A stretch of 58,535 nt of DNA, from positions 1 to 58,535 of the forward strand of contig JAWOCP010000023.1 of the NCBI GenBank assembly GCA_046483735.1. The letters are read 5' to 3'. The notes below the pieces were generated by a model, which did not search any database, was not told where the DNA came from, and was given only the letters and a program-made list of their open reading frames with translations. Within the stretch, counting starts at the first letter, position 1. Every line of letters starts with the position of its first letter. Of the stretch, positions 36,458 through 47,424 are shown piece after piece. A program made the position numbers and the translations under genes. The DNA is from Dehalococcoidia bacterium (GTDB taxonomy: Bacteria; Chloroflexota; Dehalococcoidia; GIF9; AB-539-J10).

Positions 36458-36571
36458 TTACCCCTGCCTCTGTTTGTGCTTTGGATTCTCACAAATGACC
36501 CTGACCACACCATCTCGCCTGATCACCTTGCACTTTCTGCATATGGGCTTAACCGAAGCTCTTACTTTCAT
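36458..36571 (-). CDS. rpmJ: 50S ribosomal protein L36 (37 aa; below the ORF-track cut-off)
   Basis: My translation of the minus strand is [37 protein letters not shown]. It sits in the canonical position between infA and rpsM. Confidence 0.9.
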   Translation of the reverse strand: MKVRASVKPICRKCKVIRRDGVVRVICENPKHKQRQG

Positions 36572-36632
36572 TGTCCTATCACCGAATCAACAAAACCTTG
36601 TTATGATAAACCTTATCGGTCGGCCTGTCAAA

Positions 36633-36851
36633 CTATTTGAGCCGATAGGTAACCCTGCCCCGGCTCAAATCATAAGGGGAGAGTTCTACCAGAACCCGGT
36701 CCCCGGGCAAAATCTTGATATAGTGCTTTCTCATCTTGCCCGAAATGTGAGCCAATACTTGATGTCCGTTGGCCAATTCGACACGGAACAGCGTATTAGG
36801 CAAGACTGTAATCACTTTGCCTTCGACTTCGATCCGCTCCTTCTTAGTCAT
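36633..36851 (-). CDS. infA: translation initiation factor IF-1
   Basis: [72 protein letters not shown]. Confidence 0.95.
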   Translation of the reverse strand: MTKKERIEVEGKVITVLPNTLFRVELANGHQVLAHISGKMRKHYIKILPGDRVLVELSPYDLSRGRVTYRLK

Positions 36852-36864
36852 CTTTACATAATGC

Positions 36865-37602
36865 CTAAACAAGTATCTCAGCTTCATTATCAGTTATGGC
36901 AATGGTGTGTTCAAAATGTGCCGAAAGACTGCCATCGGCTGTGAGTACTGTCCACTGGTTAGGTGCCAATTTGGTGTGCCAGTCTCCAGCATTAACCATA
37001 GGCTCAATAGCCAGAGTCATGCCTTTACGAAGCAAGAGACCTTTGCCAAACACGAAATTGGGTATTTGGGGCTCTTCGTGAAGGTCCCGGCCTACACCAT
37101 GCCCGGTATATTCCCTAACCACAGAGAACCCCTTTGATTCAACGTAATATTGAATGGCAGATGAAATGTCCCCCACCGATGCCCCGCTTATAGCTTTAGC
37201 GATGCTTGAGTTCAGGCTGCCTTCTGTAACCGAGATAAGTTCCTCGGCCTCCTTACTTATCGATCCCAGGCCGATGGTTATGGCGGCATCGGTATGAAGG
37301 CCATTAAGCTTAGCTCCTACATCCAGGGAAACGATGTCTCCTTCCTCCAGTATTCGCTCACCGGGAATGCCGTGAACTATCTCATCATTTACAGAGACAC
37401 ACAAATTGGCAGGAAAGCCGCGATAATTCTTGAAAGAAGGTACAACTCCCCGTTTCTCTGATTCTTCGGCCATGATTATGTCTAATTGCCCGGTCTTAAT
37501 TCCGGGCTTTACTTCCGTTCTCAGTTTGTCCAGAATACCGGCCAGTATCTTGCCACACTTTCGCATAATAACTATTTCCTCGGCAGATTTTATGATTACC
37601 AT
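36865..37602 (-). CDS. map: type I methionine aminopeptidase
   Basis: 245 aa with the metal-ligand context ...[14 protein letters not shown]...DIVSLDVGA...YTGHGVG...LAIEPMV...EHTIAIT. Confidence 0.95.
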   Translation of the reverse strand: MVIIKSAEEIVIMRKCGKILAGILDKLRTEVKPGIKTGQLDIIMAEESEKRGVVPSFKNYRGFPANLCVSVNDEIVHGIPGERILEEGDIVSLDVGAKLNGLHTDAAITIGLGSISKEAEELISVTEGSLNSSIAKAISGASVGDISSAIQYYVESKGFSVVREYTGHGVGRDLHEEPQIPNFVFGKGLLLRKGMTLAIEPMVNAGDWHTKLAPNQWTVLTADGSLSAHFEHTIAITDNEAEILV

Positions 37603-37630
37603 ATATTCTTTTTCTGTTTAACCCTACTAC

Positions 37631-37663
37631 CGTTCTGAGGGAGCCTAGTGACCGAAGAATCTC
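37631..37663. repeat. ttctgaggg...gaagaatctc repeat in the adk-map spacer
   Basis: cgttctgagggagcctagtgaccgaagaatctc is related to gtcattctgagcgcgacgaagaatctt, read on the minus strand at 32513-32539 inside the rplM tail. Confidence 0.6.
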
Positions 37664-37681
37664 TGAGCCCCTTCGCCGTAC

Positions 37682-38338
37682 TCAGGGCGACATGGATGCT
37701 CTGAGTGCAGAGATTATTTCGTTAGCTACCCCCTGTATGCCCAGGTTACCGTTGATCCTGATTAGTTTGTTCTGTTTCTCATAGTAATCAAGGATGGGAA
37801 CAGTTTGCGCAAAGAAGACATTGAGGCGCTCCTTGACTGTTTCCTCATTGTCATCAGAACGTTGATACAATTCGCCGCCGCATTTATCGCATTTCCCCGG
37901 CGTTTTGGGTGGTGAACTTGTTGTGTGATATGGTGTCTGGCAAGTCCGGCAAAGCCATCTTCCGCTGAGGCGTTTCACTAGCTGTTCGTTGGGTACTTCT
38001 ATATATATAGCTTTGTCTATGCTCTTCCCTTGCTCCTTAAGGGCTTTGTCCAGCACTTCAGCTTGGCGTAAAGTCCGCGGGAAGCCGTCGAAAAGGCAGC
38101 CGGATGCACAGTCCGGCTTATCAATCCTTTCCAGAATCATTCTTATGGTTATCTCATCGGGAACCAGTTCGCCCTTATCCATATAGCTTTTGGCCAGAAG
38201 ACCGACCTCGGTCTTTTCCTCTAACGCCTGACGAAACAGGTCACCCGAGGCTATATGAGGTAGATTCATCTCCTGGGAGAGGATATCCGCCTGAGTTCCC
38301 TTTCCTGCCCCCGGAGCCCCTAGCATGACTATGTACAT
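37682..38338 (-). CDS. adk: adenylate kinase (zinc-lid type)
   Basis: MYIVMLGAPGAGKGTQ and the lid CRTCQTPYH...CDKCGGELYQRSDD. Confidence 0.95.
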   Translation of the reverse strand: MYIVMLGAPGAGKGTQADILSQEMNLPHIASGDLFRQALEEKTEVGLLAKSYMDKGELVPDEITIRMILERIDKPDCASGCLFDGFPRTLRQAEVLDKALKEQGKSIDKAIYIEVPNEQLVKRLSGRWLCRTCQTPYHTTSSPPKTPGKCDKCGGELYQRSDDNEETVKERLNVFFAQTVPILDYYEKQNKLIRINGNLGIQGVANEIISALRASMSP

Positions 38339-39651
38339 TATTTTAGGAACCCCTCGTAGCGGCGCATGGTTAATTGAGCCTCTAATTGCTTCATGGTATC
38401 GAGGGCCACGCCAACAGCTATAAGCATGGCGGTGCTCTGGATTACCAGCACGGTGACGCCGGTGGCTTCTCGAACAACGAAGGGCAGAATTGCTACGATA
38501 GCCAGGAAAAGTGCGCCGCCGAAGGTAATGCGCTTGATGACCTTGTTCAGATAATCAGCCGTTGTCTTGCCAGGGCGGACCCCCGGAATGAAGCCGCTTT
38601 GCTGCTGTAAAGTCTGAGGCAGGTTCATTTGCTCGAATATGACCATTGTGTAGAAGAAGGCGAAACCAATTACCAAGGCGAAGTATAACCCCTGGTAAAT
38701 CAGACCCCAGGGTGCTGGATTATCAGCCTGAAACAGATTATGGATTGTATTCCAGAAGTTGGGGTCTCCCGGTGGGCCCATGAAGAATGAAGATATTGTA
38801 CCAGGAAGTTGCATCAAGGCCAGGGCAAAGATAATTGGTATCATCCCGGCGGTATTGACTCGCAGTGGTATGTAGGTGGACCCCGATTGGCGGTACATGC
38901 GGCCGCTGCGAAAAGTGCTCCTGGCATACTGCACGGGAATACGGCGATGGGCTTCAACAAATATGACTATAAGCACCAGAGTAGCTGCGCTGAGTATAAG
39001 GAAGACCGTCAGGCCTTCCGGGTCACGGGCAGCTATGAAGGCGCGGCCAATCATTTCCGGCAGGCTGGCTACGATGCCACCGAAGATTATTATCGATATC
39101 CCGTTCCCTATACCACGCTCGGTAATCAACTCGCCCAGCCATACAAGGAATATCGTGCCAGCGACCATTGTTGTGACTATTGTGATTGTGGTCAATGGAC
39201 TAAGTGGCAGCATAACACCTTGCATACGTAAGATGGAAAGCATGCCGTAGCCTTGAAGGGCGGCCAGGGGCACGGTAAGTAAATGGGTAATTCGATTGAT
39301 TTTCTGGCGACCAATCTCTCCTTCTTGAGATATAGCCTGGAGCCTGGGGATTACCGGGACCAGCAATTGCATGATTATGGAAGAGGTGATATAGGGGAAA
39401 ATACCCGTGGCAACCACGCTGAAACTCGACATGGCCCCGCCGCTAAAAAGGTCAAGCATGCCGAAGAAGGCGCTTTCGCCGAAGAACTCTTGTAGAGCTC
39501 CAATGTCCACACCAGGTAAGGGAACTTGAGCTAGAAACCTAAAAACGACCAGGATACCAAGCGTGAAGAGAATCTTTCGCCTCAAATCAGGCAATGTCCA
39601 TATGTCCTTCATTGCTTGGACGAGGCGTGATTGGGACGTTTTGCGCTGCAT
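38338..39651 (-). CDS. secY: preprotein translocase subunit SecY
   Basis: MQRKTSQSRLVQAMKDIWTLPDLRRKILFTLGILVVFRFLAQVPLPGV, followed by a 10-TM body. ATG 39651 lies 1 nt after the rplO stop. The ORF-track start at 39786 would overlap rplO. Confidence 0.95.
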   Translation of the reverse strand: MQRKTSQSRLVQAMKDIWTLPDLRRKILFTLGILVVFRFLAQVPLPGVDIGALQEFFGESAFFGMLDLFSGGAMSSFSVVATGIFPYITSSIIMQLLVPVIPRLQAISQEGEIGRQKINRITHLLTVPLAALQGYGMLSILRMQGVMLPLSPLTTITIVTTMVAGTIFLVWLGELITERGIGNGISIIIFGGIVASLPEMIGRAFIAARDPEGLTVFLILSAATLVLIVIFVEAHRRIPVQYARSTFRSGRMYRQSGSTYIPLRVNTAGMIPIIFALALMQLPGTISSFFMGPPGDPNFWNTIHNLFQADNPAPWGLIYQGLYFALVIGFAFFYTMVIFEQMNLPQTLQQQSGFIPGVRPGKTTADYLNKVIKRITFGGALFLAIVAILPFVVREATGVTVLVIQSTAMLIAVGVALDTMKQLEAQLTMRRYEGFLK

Positions 39652-39652
39652 T

Positions 39653-40096
39653 CTAAGCCTGTTCTGTCTTCCCCCCGGCAGCGAGGATTTTTTTCTCTGC
39701 CGATGAAGAGAACTTGTCGGCCCTGACCAGTATCGGGTGATGTATATCGCCCTGGCCGAGGATTTTGGTTGGACGATCTGGGGCACTAATCAACCCTGCC
39801 TCGAGTAATTCCCTGGGACTCACCTCAGTTCCTGGCGAGAATATGGCTAGCTTCCCTACATTGACAATATTGTATTCGACTTTGAAAATGTTGGTGAAGC
39901 CTCTCTTTCGCGGTAGCCGTTTTATCAAAGGCAACTGGCCACCTTCAAAGCCAAGGCGGACGCCACCACCAGAGCGAGATTTTTGCCCTTTGAGACCTCG
40001 CCCCGAATAGGTACCATGCCCGCTGCTGTCTCCTCGACCTACGCGTTTTCTCTTATGCTTGGCACCTGCAGGAGGCTTCAGTTCATTCTGTTTCAT
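39653..40096 (-). CDS. rplO: 50S ribosomal protein L15
   Basis: [39 protein letters not shown]. Confidence 0.95.
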   Translation of the reverse strand: MKQNELKPPAGAKHKRKRVGRGDSSGHGTYSGRGLKGQKSRSGGGVRLGFEGGQLPLIKRLPRKRGFTNIFKVEYNIVNVGKLAIFSPGTEVSPRELLEAGLISAPDRPTKILGQGDIHHPILVRADKFSSSAEKKILAAGGKTEQA

Positions 40097-40625
40097 CTAA
40101 CTTTTCTTCCTGAGCTTCAACTTCGGTTTGAACTGCTGCTTCTTCACCTTTTTTCAAGTTCGCCAGGGCAAGCATTGTCGCCTTGGCGACGTTGATTTTG
40201 CTTGGTCCGCCCAATGATTTACCGAGGACGTCTCTTATGCCCGCCAGTTCAAGTAGTGCTCGAGAGGTATTGTTTACAATTAATCCTGTGCCAGGCGCCG
40301 CCGGCTTTAATAAGACCTTGGACGCCCCGAACTTAGCCAGAATTTCATGAGGGATGGTACCGTCCTTGACGGGCACCTCAATCAGCCCCTTCCTCGCCGT
40401 AGCACCTGCCTTGCGAACTGCCTCGGGGACCGCCGCCGCTTTGGCTAAACCGAATCCGACGTGTCCCTGTCCATCGCCAACCACTACTGAGGCTCTGAAC
40501 CGAAGATGTCTACCGCCTTTGACCACTTTGGTCACACGATCGATGCCTAAGAGTTTCTCTTCCAGACTCAGGTCTGAGGCGTCGATTTTGGTACTCTTCT
40601 CTCTTGCTCTTGTAACCGCTTTCAT
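40083..40625 (-). CDS. rpsE: 30S ribosomal protein S5
   Basis: [46 protein letters not shown]. An acidic C-terminal tail overlaps the rplO start by 14 nt. Confidence 0.95.
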   Translation of the reverse strand: MKAVTRAREKSTKIDASDLSLEEKLLGIDRVTKVVKGGRHLRFRASVVVGDGQGHVGFGLAKAAAVPEAVRKAGATARKGLIEVPVKDGTIPHEILAKFGASKVLLKPAAPGTGLIVNNTSRALLELAGIRDVLGKSLGGPSKINVAKATMLALANLKKGEEAAVQTEVEAQEEKLDETE

Positions 40626-40635
40626 AAGCTCACTC

Positions 40636-41001
40636 TCAAAATATTAATCCAGCCTTCCTGGCACCCTCGGCCAAAGCCTTGACTCTGCCGTGATACTTGT
40701 AGCCACCACGGTCGAAAACGACCTCTTTGATTCCTCCAGTTAATGCTTTCTCTGCAAGCAAAGTTCCCACTACTTCGGCCTTCTTGCTTTTTCCCATTCC
40801 ATCGGTCTTGCTTCTCACCTGAGAGTCAAGAGTGCTCATTGAGACCAGAGTCTGGGCCACGGAATCGTCAATGAGCTGGGCATAGATATGATTCAAGCTG
40901 CGGAAGACACATAATCGGGGTCGTGATACCGTGCTCGTTACCTTTCGCCTCACCCGTCTGTGCCGAATCTGCCTGAATGCCTTTGAATCTCTCGCGTTCA
41001 T
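40636..41001 (-). CDS. rplR: 50S ribosomal protein L18
   Basis: [20 protein letters not shown]...[26 protein letters not shown]. Confidence 0.95.
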   Translation of the reverse strand: MNARDSKAFRQIRHRRVRRKVTSTVSRPRLCVFRSLNHIYAQLIDDSVAQTLVSMSTLDSQVRSKTDGMGKSKKAEVVGTLLAEKALTGGIKEVVFDRGGYKYHGRVKALAEGARKAGLIF

Positions 41002-41009
41002 TATGGTCG

Positions 41010-41558
41010 TTATTTCTTGCTTTTCTTGCCCGCTTTGCCAGGTTTAAGATGTAGCTCCTCTTCAGAATACTTAATGCCTTTTCCTTTGTAGGGGTCGGCA
41101 GGGCGCACCGCGCGAATCCTGGCAGCCGCTTCCCCAACCACCTGTTTGTCGATACCGGCGACACGTATGCGATTGACTCCCTCAACGTTGATGTTAATGC
41201 CAGGAGGAGGGATAAACTCCACGGTATTGCTGTATCCTACTTGGAGCAACAGCTTGTCGCCGCTTTTCTGCGCTCTGTAGCCTACGCCATTTATCTCTAA
41301 CACTTTTTCGAACCCTGTGCTCACCCCTGTGACCATATTCGCCAGAAGGCTACGAGTGAGACCATGCAAAGAACGATGAATCTTGCTATCAGTGGGTCGA
41401 GTTACAATCAGGTAGCCATCCTGCAAAGCGATAGAAATATCGGGGTGAAACCGACGACGGAGTTCCCCCTTACTTCCTTTTACCGCAACTTCGCTTCCAT
41501 CAATCTTTACCTCAGTGCCCTGAGGTATAGCAATGGGAAGCAAGCCAATACGAGACAT
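41010..41558 (-). CDS. rplF: 50S ribosomal protein L6
   Basis: [33 protein letters not shown]. Confidence 0.95.
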   Translation of the reverse strand: MSRIGLLPIAIPQGTEVKIDGSEVAVKGSKGELRRRFHPDISIALQDGYLIVTRPTDSKIHRSLHGLTRSLLANMVTGVSTGFEKVLEINGVGYRAQKSGDKLLLQVGYSNTVEFIPPPGININVEGVNRIRVAGIDKQVVGEAAARIRAVRPADPYKGKGIKYSEEELHLKPGKAGKKSKK

Positions 41559-41580
41559 ATTCTATAGCTCCTGAGTCAAT

Positions 41581-41976
41581 TTACCATACATAGCACAGAA
41601 TTTCACCGCCAAGATGCTGCCGCCACGCCTCCTGGCCGGTCATTATACCTTTGGAGGTGGATAGGATAGCAATGCCTAAGCCGCCATAGACGCGAGGAAT
41701 CTTGCGTCTTTCCACATAAACCCTTAAGCCCGGCTTACTCACCCTTTCTAAACCCAGGATTGCAGGCTGGTCATCCGTGTACTTGAGATAGATTTTTATC
41801 ATTGACTCTGGTTTCCCTTTGAGCACTTCATAGCGGTCGAGAAAACCCTCTTCCTTAAGTATCTTGACGACAGAGAGCTTCATTTGAGACGAAGGCACAA
41901 GCACGCTGTCATGACCTGCCATTATGGCGTTGCGTATACGGGTTAACATGTCAGCAATTGGATCAGTAACTGTCAT
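41581..41976 (-). CDS. rpsH: 30S ribosomal protein S8
   Basis: [17 protein letters not shown]. Confidence 0.95.
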   Translation of the reverse strand: MTVTDPIADMLTRIRNAIMAGHDSVLVPSSQMKLSVVKILKEEGFLDRYEVLKGKPESMIKIYLKYTDDQPAILGLERVSKPGLRVYVERRKIPRVYGGLGIAILSTSKGIMTGQEAWRQHLGGEILCYVW

Positions 41977-41983
41977 TTTTCTC

Positions 41984-42169
41984 TCACCAACTCGACTTTC
42001 TTATTCCAGGAATTACCCCAGTTACAGCAAGTTCTCGAAAACAAATGCGACACATGCCAAATTTGCGCATGTAAGCTCGTGGCCTGCCACACAATTGACA
42101 ACGATTACGTTGTTGCACCTTATATTTGGGTGGTCGTTTTGACTTAACAATCTTAGATAACTTCGCCAT
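41984..42169 (-). CDS. rpsN: 30S ribosomal protein S14, zinc-binding (type Z, 61 aa)
   Basis: [41 protein letters not shown] has the CxxC...CxxC pattern. Confidence 0.95.
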   Translation of the reverse strand: MAKLSKIVKSKRPPKYKVQQRNRCQLCGRPRAYMRKFGMCRICFRELAVTGVIPGIRKSSW

Positions 42170-42170
42170 A

Positions 42171-42722
42171 TCACGTTCTCCTGAAAGGCATGCCCATTAG
42201 TTCCAGCAAGGTACTGGCTTCATTATCGTTCTTGGCTGTGGTGACAATGGTCACCTCGAGTCCGCGAATCTTGTCTATTTTGTCGTAATCAATCTCAGGA
42301 AAAACTATCTGTTCTTTTATGCCCAGACTGTAATTCCCACGGCCGTCGAAAGAATCTCGTGACACTCCGCGGAAATCTCGAAACCTCGGTAGAACGACAT
42401 TAACCAGTTTGTCAAAGAAATCGTACATCCGCTTACCTCGCAACGTTACCATCATCCCGATTGGCATACCAGCCCGCAGCTTAAAAGGGGAGATAGATTT
42501 CTTCGCTTTTGTGATCACAGGATGCTGCCCCGAAATCTTGGCCAGGTCTTTCTCAGCTGCTTCAAGCGCTTTGGCGTCCTGTATGGCTTCGCCCAGACCA
42601 ATGCTAAGCACAATCTTTTCCAACTTGGGCAGTTGCATTATATTGTCATAACCCAGTCTCGCTTTGAGCTGGGGAGCTACATCGGCCAAATATTTTTCCT
42701 GCAAGCGAGATTTCACAATCAA
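42171..42722 (-). CDS. rplE: 50S ribosomal protein L5
   Basis: [40 protein letters not shown]. Confidence 0.95.
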   Translation of the reverse strand: MIVKSRLQEKYLADVAPQLKARLGYDNIMQLPKLEKIVLSIGLGEAIQDAKALEAAEKDLAKISGQHPVITKAKKSISPFKLRAGMPIGMMVTLRGKRMYDFFDKLVNVVLPRFRDFRGVSRDSFDGRGNYSLGIKEQIVFPEIDYDKIDKIRGLEVTIVTTAKNDNEASTLLELMGMPFRRT

Positions 42723-42727
42723 AACCC

Positions 42728-43039
42728 TCAGTCAATCACTTCCTGACATGAATTGCAAATCCGTACCCTTTTGCCGTCGGCCAGGAAACGGAAACTGACC
42801 CGTGTTGGCTTGCCACATTTATCGCACAGCAACATTACGTTGGATAAATGTATTGGAGCTTCAAGCTCAATTATGCCAGCCTGGCGGGTAGCCCTGCGGG
42901 CTCGAGAATGGCGTTTAATCATGTTCAGCCCTTCTACTACCACCCTATCCTCCTTGGGGAAGGCACGGCGGACTTTTCCGCTTTTGCCACGGTCCTTGCC
43001 AGCAATTATGATTACAGTATCATTTTTCCTTATTTTCAT
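42728..43039 (-). CDS. rplX: 50S ribosomal protein L24
   Basis: [23 protein letters not shown] is a KOW motif. Confidence 0.95.
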   Translation of the reverse strand: MKIRKNDTVIIIAGKDRGKSGKVRRAFPKEDRVVVEGLNMIKRHSRARRATRQAGIIELEAPIHLSNVMLLCDKCGKPTRVSFRFLADGKRVRICNSCQEVID

Positions 43040-43040
43040 T

Positions 43041-43406
43041 TCACAGAACCTCTGGGGCCAATGATATTATCTTGGCGAAATTTTTATCCCTGAGTTCTCG
43101 GGCTACAGGACCGAAAATGCGACTGCCCTTGGGATTATTTTTGTCACCAAGAACGACTGCGGCATTCTCGTCGAACCTGATATAGGAGCCATCAGGCCGA
43201 CGATAAGGCTTAGCCACACGCACAACCACAGCCCGCACTACATCACCCTCTTTCACCATTCCGTGGGGCATGGCCCGCTTCACCGTGGCCACAATAATGT
43301 CGCCTATGCGGGCATATTTTCTGGCCCCAACGGGTACATTAATGCACATAATCTGCTTCGCCCCGGTATTATCGGCTATCTTGAGTCTGGTATAGGCCTG
43401 AATCAT
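43041..43406 (-). CDS. rplN: 50S ribosomal protein L14
   Basis: [22 protein letters not shown]. Confidence 0.95.
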   Translation of the reverse strand: MIQAYTRLKIADNTGAKQIMCINVPVGARKYARIGDIIVATVKRAMPHGMVKEGDVVRAVVVRVAKPYRRPDGSYIRFDENAAVVLGDKNNPKGSRIFGPVARELRDKNFAKIISLAPEVL

Positions 43407-43690
43407 TCCTCTTGCGCTGGTCTGGTTTCGACCATTTCCCTCTTAGACGTTATCTCTGCGACTCGCCATCTCTTCTCCTTGGATAGGGGGCGGGTCTCGA
43501 CCATCTTCACCTTGTCTCCGATCTTACACTCATTCTTTTCGTCATGAGCCTTGTATCTCGTGGTGACTTTGATAGCTTTCTTATAAAGCGGATGGACCTT
43601 CCGGGTTTCCACGGTCACCACCACGGTCTTATCCATCTTGTCGCTCACCACCAGCCCTTCTCTGACCTTTCTTTTGCCAATATAACTCAT
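43403..43690 (-). CDS. rpsQ: 30S ribosomal protein S17
   Basis: [29 protein letters not shown]. The start forms an ATGA overlap with the rpmC stop. Confidence 0.95.
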   Translation of the reverse strand: MSYIGKRKVREGLVVSDKMDKTVVVTVETRKVHPLYKKAIKVTTRYKAHDEKNECKIGDKVKMVETRPLSKEKRWRVAEITSKREMVETRPAQEE

Positions 43691-43887
43691 CTTATTGAAT
43701 CAAGCTCTCTTTCTCTTAAAATAGTCTTTATTCTGGCGATCCTTCTCTTCACTCTGGGAATCTCTCGATGATTCTCCAACTGTCTGGTAGCCAGACGAAA
43801 ACGGAGGTTGAAAAGCTCCTCATGAGCTTCTTCAAGTTTAGTTAGCAGCTCTTCATTATTGAGAGCGCGAATTTCGCTAGCCTTCAA
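43687..43887 (-). CDS. rpmC: 50S ribosomal protein L29
   Basis: (M)[39 protein letters not shown] prefer the in-frame TTG at 43887 over the ORF-track TTG at 43911. Confidence 0.9.
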   Translation of the reverse strand: MKASEIRALNNEELLTKLEEAHEELFNLRFRLATRQLENHREIPRVKRRIARIKTILRERELDSIR

Positions 43888-44302
43888 CTTTCTGCCTTTC
43901 CCTGGTAACAAAACTGACGGCTATTGGAAGCTTGTATGAGGCGAAGTGGACCGCCTCTGAAGCCACATTCTCTTTTACGCCAGCCAATTCAAACAAGATT
44001 CTGCCCCTCTTGACTACGGCTACCCAGAACTCCGGAGCGCCTTTCCCACCACCCATCCTCGTCTCCGCAGGCTTCTTAGTCACAGCCTTGTCAGGAAAAA
44101 CCCTTATCCAGAGTTTGCCTCCGCGCTGCAAATGGCGGACAAGCACGCGACGGGTTGCTTCAATCTGTCGCGCAGTTATCCAGGCGGATTCCTCAGCCCT
44201 CAAGCCAAATTCACCAAAAACAATGGTATCCCCACTCTGGGCACTGCCTTTTCGCCTTCCTCTATGTACCTTGCGGTACTTCACCCGTTTCGGCTGTAGC
44301 AC
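43877..44302 (-). CDS. rplP: 50S ribosomal protein L16
   Basis: [19 protein letters not shown]. Confidence 0.95.
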   Translation of the reverse strand: MLQPKRVKYRKVHRGRRKGSAQSGDTIVFGEFGLRAEESAWITARQIEATRRVLVRHLQRGGKLWIRVFPDKAVTKKPAETRMGGGKGAPEFWVAVVKRGRILFELAGVKENVASEAVHFASYKLPIAVSFVTRERQKVEG

Positions 44303-44942
44303 TTGTCTCCTTCACTTCGGGCATTATATCGCCCTTATAAATCCATACTTTGACTCCGATACGTCCCATCAAAGTATGGGCTTCAACAAAACCATAATCG
44401 ATGTTGGCACGCAATTTGTGCAAGGGCATCTGACCTTGATGGAGGGTCTCGGTTCTGGCAATTTCGAGCCCGCCAAGTCTTCCCCGGCACATTATCTTTA
44501 TTCCCTTAGCACCGGCTTGCAAAGTTCGGAAAGATCCTTGCCTCATCGCCCGCCGGAAAGGAATTCTCTCTTCGAGACGCCCGGCTATGCTTCGAGCTAC
44601 CAGAAGAGCTTCCAGTTCAGGGTGCTCAACTTCCCTGATGGTCAATCTGATTTTGTCCCCGCTGACCTTCTCCAGGTCCGACTTCAGTGCTTCCACATTT
44701 TGTCCCCCTCTGCCAATCAAGATACCAGGGCGAGCTGAGTACAGAGTCAAATATACCTCGTCTCCCGAGCGTTCGATTTCTACTCGAGCAACTGCGCCTC
44801 CGGCACATTTTTCTTCCACTACTCTGCGCAGCTTCAAATCATCTAACAAAAACCGGGTATAGGTCTTGTCAGCATACCACCTGGCGTGCCAATCGCGGTT
44901 TACACCCAGCCTGAAACCATAAGGATGAACTTTTTGTCCCAA
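44262..44942 (-). CDS. rpsC: 30S ribosomal protein S3
   Basis: [24 protein letters not shown]. Confidence 0.95.
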   Translation of the reverse strand: MGQKVHPYGFRLGVNRDWHARWYADKTYTRFLLDDLKLRRVVEEKCAGGAVARVEIERSGDEVYLTLYSARPGILIGRGGQNVEALKSDLEKVSGDKIRLTIREVEHPELEALLVARSIAGRLEERIPFRRAMRQGSFRTLQAGAKGIKIMCRGRLGGLEIARTETLHQGQMPLHKLRANIDYGFVEAHTLMGRIGVKVWIYKGDIMPEVKETSATAETGEVPQGT

Positions 44943-44944
44943 AA

Positions 44945-45283
44945 CTATTCCTCCCTTTCTGCAACGAAAACTGTAATTCGGCTAGATCGTTTCAAGATAG
45001 GACTCGCTCTCCCCCTCGACTGGGGACGGAATCTCTTCAAGGTATGCCCTTGATCAGCAAATATATCAGTGATTCTAAGCTCAGCGGGCGACATTTGAAA
45101 GTTGTTTTCGGCATTGGCCGCCGCCGATTTAATGACCTTGGCCACAGCCTTGGCTGTGGGTGTAGGCGCAAAGCTCAGAATAGTCAATGCCTCGTCCACT
45201 TTCTTGCCTCTAACCATATCTATCGCCAAACGTATCTTCTGAGGCGAAATGCCGACGTCCTTAGCCACAGCTTTAACCTTCAT
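44945..45283 (-). CDS. rplV: 50S ribosomal protein L22
   Basis: VKAVAKDVGISPQKIRLAIDMVRGKKVDEALTIL. Confidence 0.95.
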   Translation of the reverse strand: MKVKAVAKDVGISPQKIRLAIDMVRGKKVDEALTILSFAPTPTAKAVAKVIKSAAANAENNFQMSPAELRITDIFADQGHTLKRFRPQSRGRASPILKRSSRITVFVAEREE

Positions 45284-45289
45284 CGTACT

Positions 45290-45580
45290 TTATATTTTCC
45301 TCGCCTGTACGGCCGTTTTAGCTTTAGTGACGTGGCCTCTAAATGTCCTGGTAGCAGCAAATTCTGCCAGTTTATGCCCCACCATATTCTCAGTGATGAA
45401 AATGGGTACATGCTTTCTGCCATTATGCACTGCGATAGTATGACCTATCATTTGAGGCAAAATGGTAGAGGAACGAGACCACGTCTTTAGCACTGTTTTC
45501 TCGCCCGAATCATTGAGCATTTCTATTCTCTTCAGCAATTTGGCATCACAAAAAGGCCCTTTCTTAAGCGACCGTGACAT
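45290..45580 (-). CDS. rpsS: 30S ribosomal protein S19
   Basis: [20 protein letters not shown]...[26 protein letters not shown]. Confidence 0.95.
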   Translation of the reverse strand: MSRSLKKGPFCDAKLLKRIEMLNDSGEKTVLKTWSRSSTILPQMIGHTIAVHNGRKHVPIFITENMVGHKLAEFAATRTFRGHVTKAKTAVQARKI

Positions 45581-46403
45581 CCTGTTTCCTCCCCTTAAGT
45601 ATCATTTTATCCGATGTCTTACGCCGACGCGTCTTAGCCCCCAGAGCTGGCTTGCCCCAAGGAGTTTTCGGATGCATTCCTCTCGGGGCTCTGCCCTCCC
45701 CTCCCCCATGTGGATGGTCGCGGGGAGTCATGGCGGAGCCTCTGACAGAAGGCCGTTTACCTAGCCATCTCTTACTCCCAGCTTTGCCTAACTTTATGTT
45801 TTCGTGATCAACATTGCCTATCTGCCCAACGGTGGCCCAGCACTTGTGGTGAAATTTGCGCAGTTCACCCGAAGGGAGCTTAAGCACAACATATTTGCCC
45901 TCCTTGCTCATGATGCGGGCAGAGCTTCCCGCGCTATGAACTAGCTGTCCTCCTTTGCCGGGCTCAAACTCAATATTATGCACTGTAGTTCCCACAGGTA
46001 TGGAAGCCAACGGCAGGGCATTACCGATTCTTATATCAACATCCTCGCCTGCCTGTATACTGTCACCCAGCTTAATGCCCAAAGGAGCAAGTATGTAGCG
46101 CTTTTCCCCGTCAGCATAATGGATTAGGGCGATGCGAGCTGACCTGTTAGGGTCATATTCAATGGAGGCCACTTTCCCTGGGACGGCAATCTTGTCCCTC
46201 TTGAAGTCGATAAGGCGAAGCTTGCGTTTACTGCCCCCGCCTCTGCGACGCACTGTTACAACACCTCGGCTATTACGCCCTCCCTTCTTTTTCAGTGGCG
46301 CCAACAATGATTTCTCGGGAGCTACCTTTGTCAGCTCTTCAAAAGTAGCGCCAGACATGAATCTCCTGCCTGGAGAAGTTGGATGATATGTCTTTAATCC
46401 CAC
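45564..46403 (-). CDS. rplB: 50S ribosomal protein L2
   Basis: GTG start with GGGAG upstream. [14 protein letters not shown]...[18 protein letters not shown]. Confidence 0.95.
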   Translation of the reverse strand: MGLKTYHPTSPGRRFMSGATFEELTKVAPEKSLLAPLKKKGGRNSRGVVTVRRRGGGSKRKLRLIDFKRDKIAVPGKVASIEYDPNRSARIALIHYADGEKRYILAPLGIKLGDSIQAGEDVDIRIGNALPLASIPVGTTVHNIEFEPGKGGQLVHSAGSSARIMSKEGKYVVLKLPSGELRKFHHKCWATVGQIGNVDHENIKLGKAGSKRWLGKRPSVRGSAMTPRDHPHGGGEGRAPRGMHPKTPWGKPALGAKTRRRKTSDKMILKGRKQDVTVA

Positions 46404-46413
46404 AAATCGCTCC

Positions 46414-46509
46414 CTATTTATGTGTCCTTTGCCAGCGAGTCTTCTTAAGGAGTTTCTTATGCCTGTGCTTGGACATTTTCTTTTTTCTCCACTTAGTGAC
46501 TGAACCCAT
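46414..46509 (-). CDS. 31-aa bS22-like (AURKAIP1/COX24-domain) basic mini-protein, not in the ORF track
   Basis: My translation is [31 protein letters not shown]. The ATG overlaps the rplW stop (TAATG). Its TAG lies 10 nt before the rplB GTG. It fills the otherwise unexplained 105-nt rplW-rplB gap. Confidence 0.7.
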   Translation of the reverse strand: MGSVTKWRKKKMSKHRHKKLLKKTRWQRTHK

Positions 46510-46793
46510 TAGACACCCTCAAAGAAAGTAATTTTGTCTCCCGGTGCCAAGGTAACTATGGCCTTCTTCCAGGGTGAGCTAGTTACCTGCCTCCTGCCAA
46601 ACCTTCTGGTCTTCCCGGGCACTGTTATCACATTCACTTTACTTACCTCTACCTTGAAAGCCTTTTCCACCGCGTCTTTAATCTGAGCTTTGCTAGCCTT
46701 GCCTGCTACCTCAAAGGCATATTTGTCCTGCTCCTTAAGCAAAGTAGCCTTCTCTGTGATTAAAGGACGTCGCAAAACTTCGTAAAGATGCAA
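46509..46793 (-). CDS. rplW: 50S ribosomal protein L23
   Basis: (M)HLYEVLRRPLITEKATLLKEQDKYAFEVAGKASKAQIKDAVEKAF. The TTG at 46793, just after the rplD stop and with GGGGG upstream, is preferred over the ORF-track TTG at 46817. Confidence 0.9.
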   Translation of the reverse strand: MHLYEVLRRPLITEKATLLKEQDKYAFEVAGKASKAQIKDAVEKAFKVEVSKVNVITVPGKTRRFGRRQVTSSPWKKAIVTLAPGDKITFFEGV

Positions 46794-46794
46794 T

Positions 46795-47418
46795 TTATTT
46801 CCCCCAGATTTCCTCAATGTTACGTATTGCCGGTACAGTGGCTATCAGCATTTCACAGGAAAGCAAATCCAGAACGTTAATTTGAGGTGAAGGCAGGACT
46901 TTGACTTCAGGCAAGTTAGCCGCTGATCTAACCACACCCGGTGTCGACTGAGCGGTAAGAATCAAGGTGGAACAATCGATGCCGAGCGAGGATAGAACGT
47001 TTATCATATCTTTTGTCTTGCCTTGCTCAAAATCAAGCTCCTGTACCAGTCTTATGTTCCCCTCTCTGACTTTGGCGGAGAGGAGGCATTTCAAAGCCAA
47101 CCTTCGCATTTTCTTGGGCATCGATTGGCGGTATGTGCGTGGCTTGGGACCAAAAGCTACTCCGCCTCCCCTGAGCAGGGGTGACTTTATATTTCCCCTT
47201 CGTGCTCTGCCAGTATGCTTCTGCGCATAGAGCTTTCTTGTGCTCCCTGTAACTTCGCTCCTCGCCTTGGTAGAAGCAGTACCCTGGCGCTTATTGGCCA
47301 ATTGCCTGGTCATTGCCTGGTGAACTACGGCCTCATTAAAGGGAAGATCAAAAATGGCCTGACTGAGCTCTATTTGGTCAACCACTTCACCTGTTAAGCT
47401 ATAAACTGGTACTTGCAC
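46795..47418 (-). CDS. rplD: 50S ribosomal protein L4
   Basis: VPVYSLTGEVVDQIELSQAIFDLPFNEAVVHQAMTRQLANKRQGTASTK. Confidence 0.95.
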   Translation of the reverse strand: MQVPVYSLTGEVVDQIELSQAIFDLPFNEAVVHQAMTRQLANKRQGTASTKARSEVTGSTRKLYAQKHTGRARRGNIKSPLLRGGGVAFGPKPRTYRQSMPKKMRRLALKCLLSAKVREGNIRLVQELDFEQGKTKDMINVLSSLGIDCSTLILTAQSTPGVVRSAANLPEVKVLPSPQINVLDLLSCEMLIATVPAIRNIEEIWGK

Positions 47419-47424
47419 TTCCTG

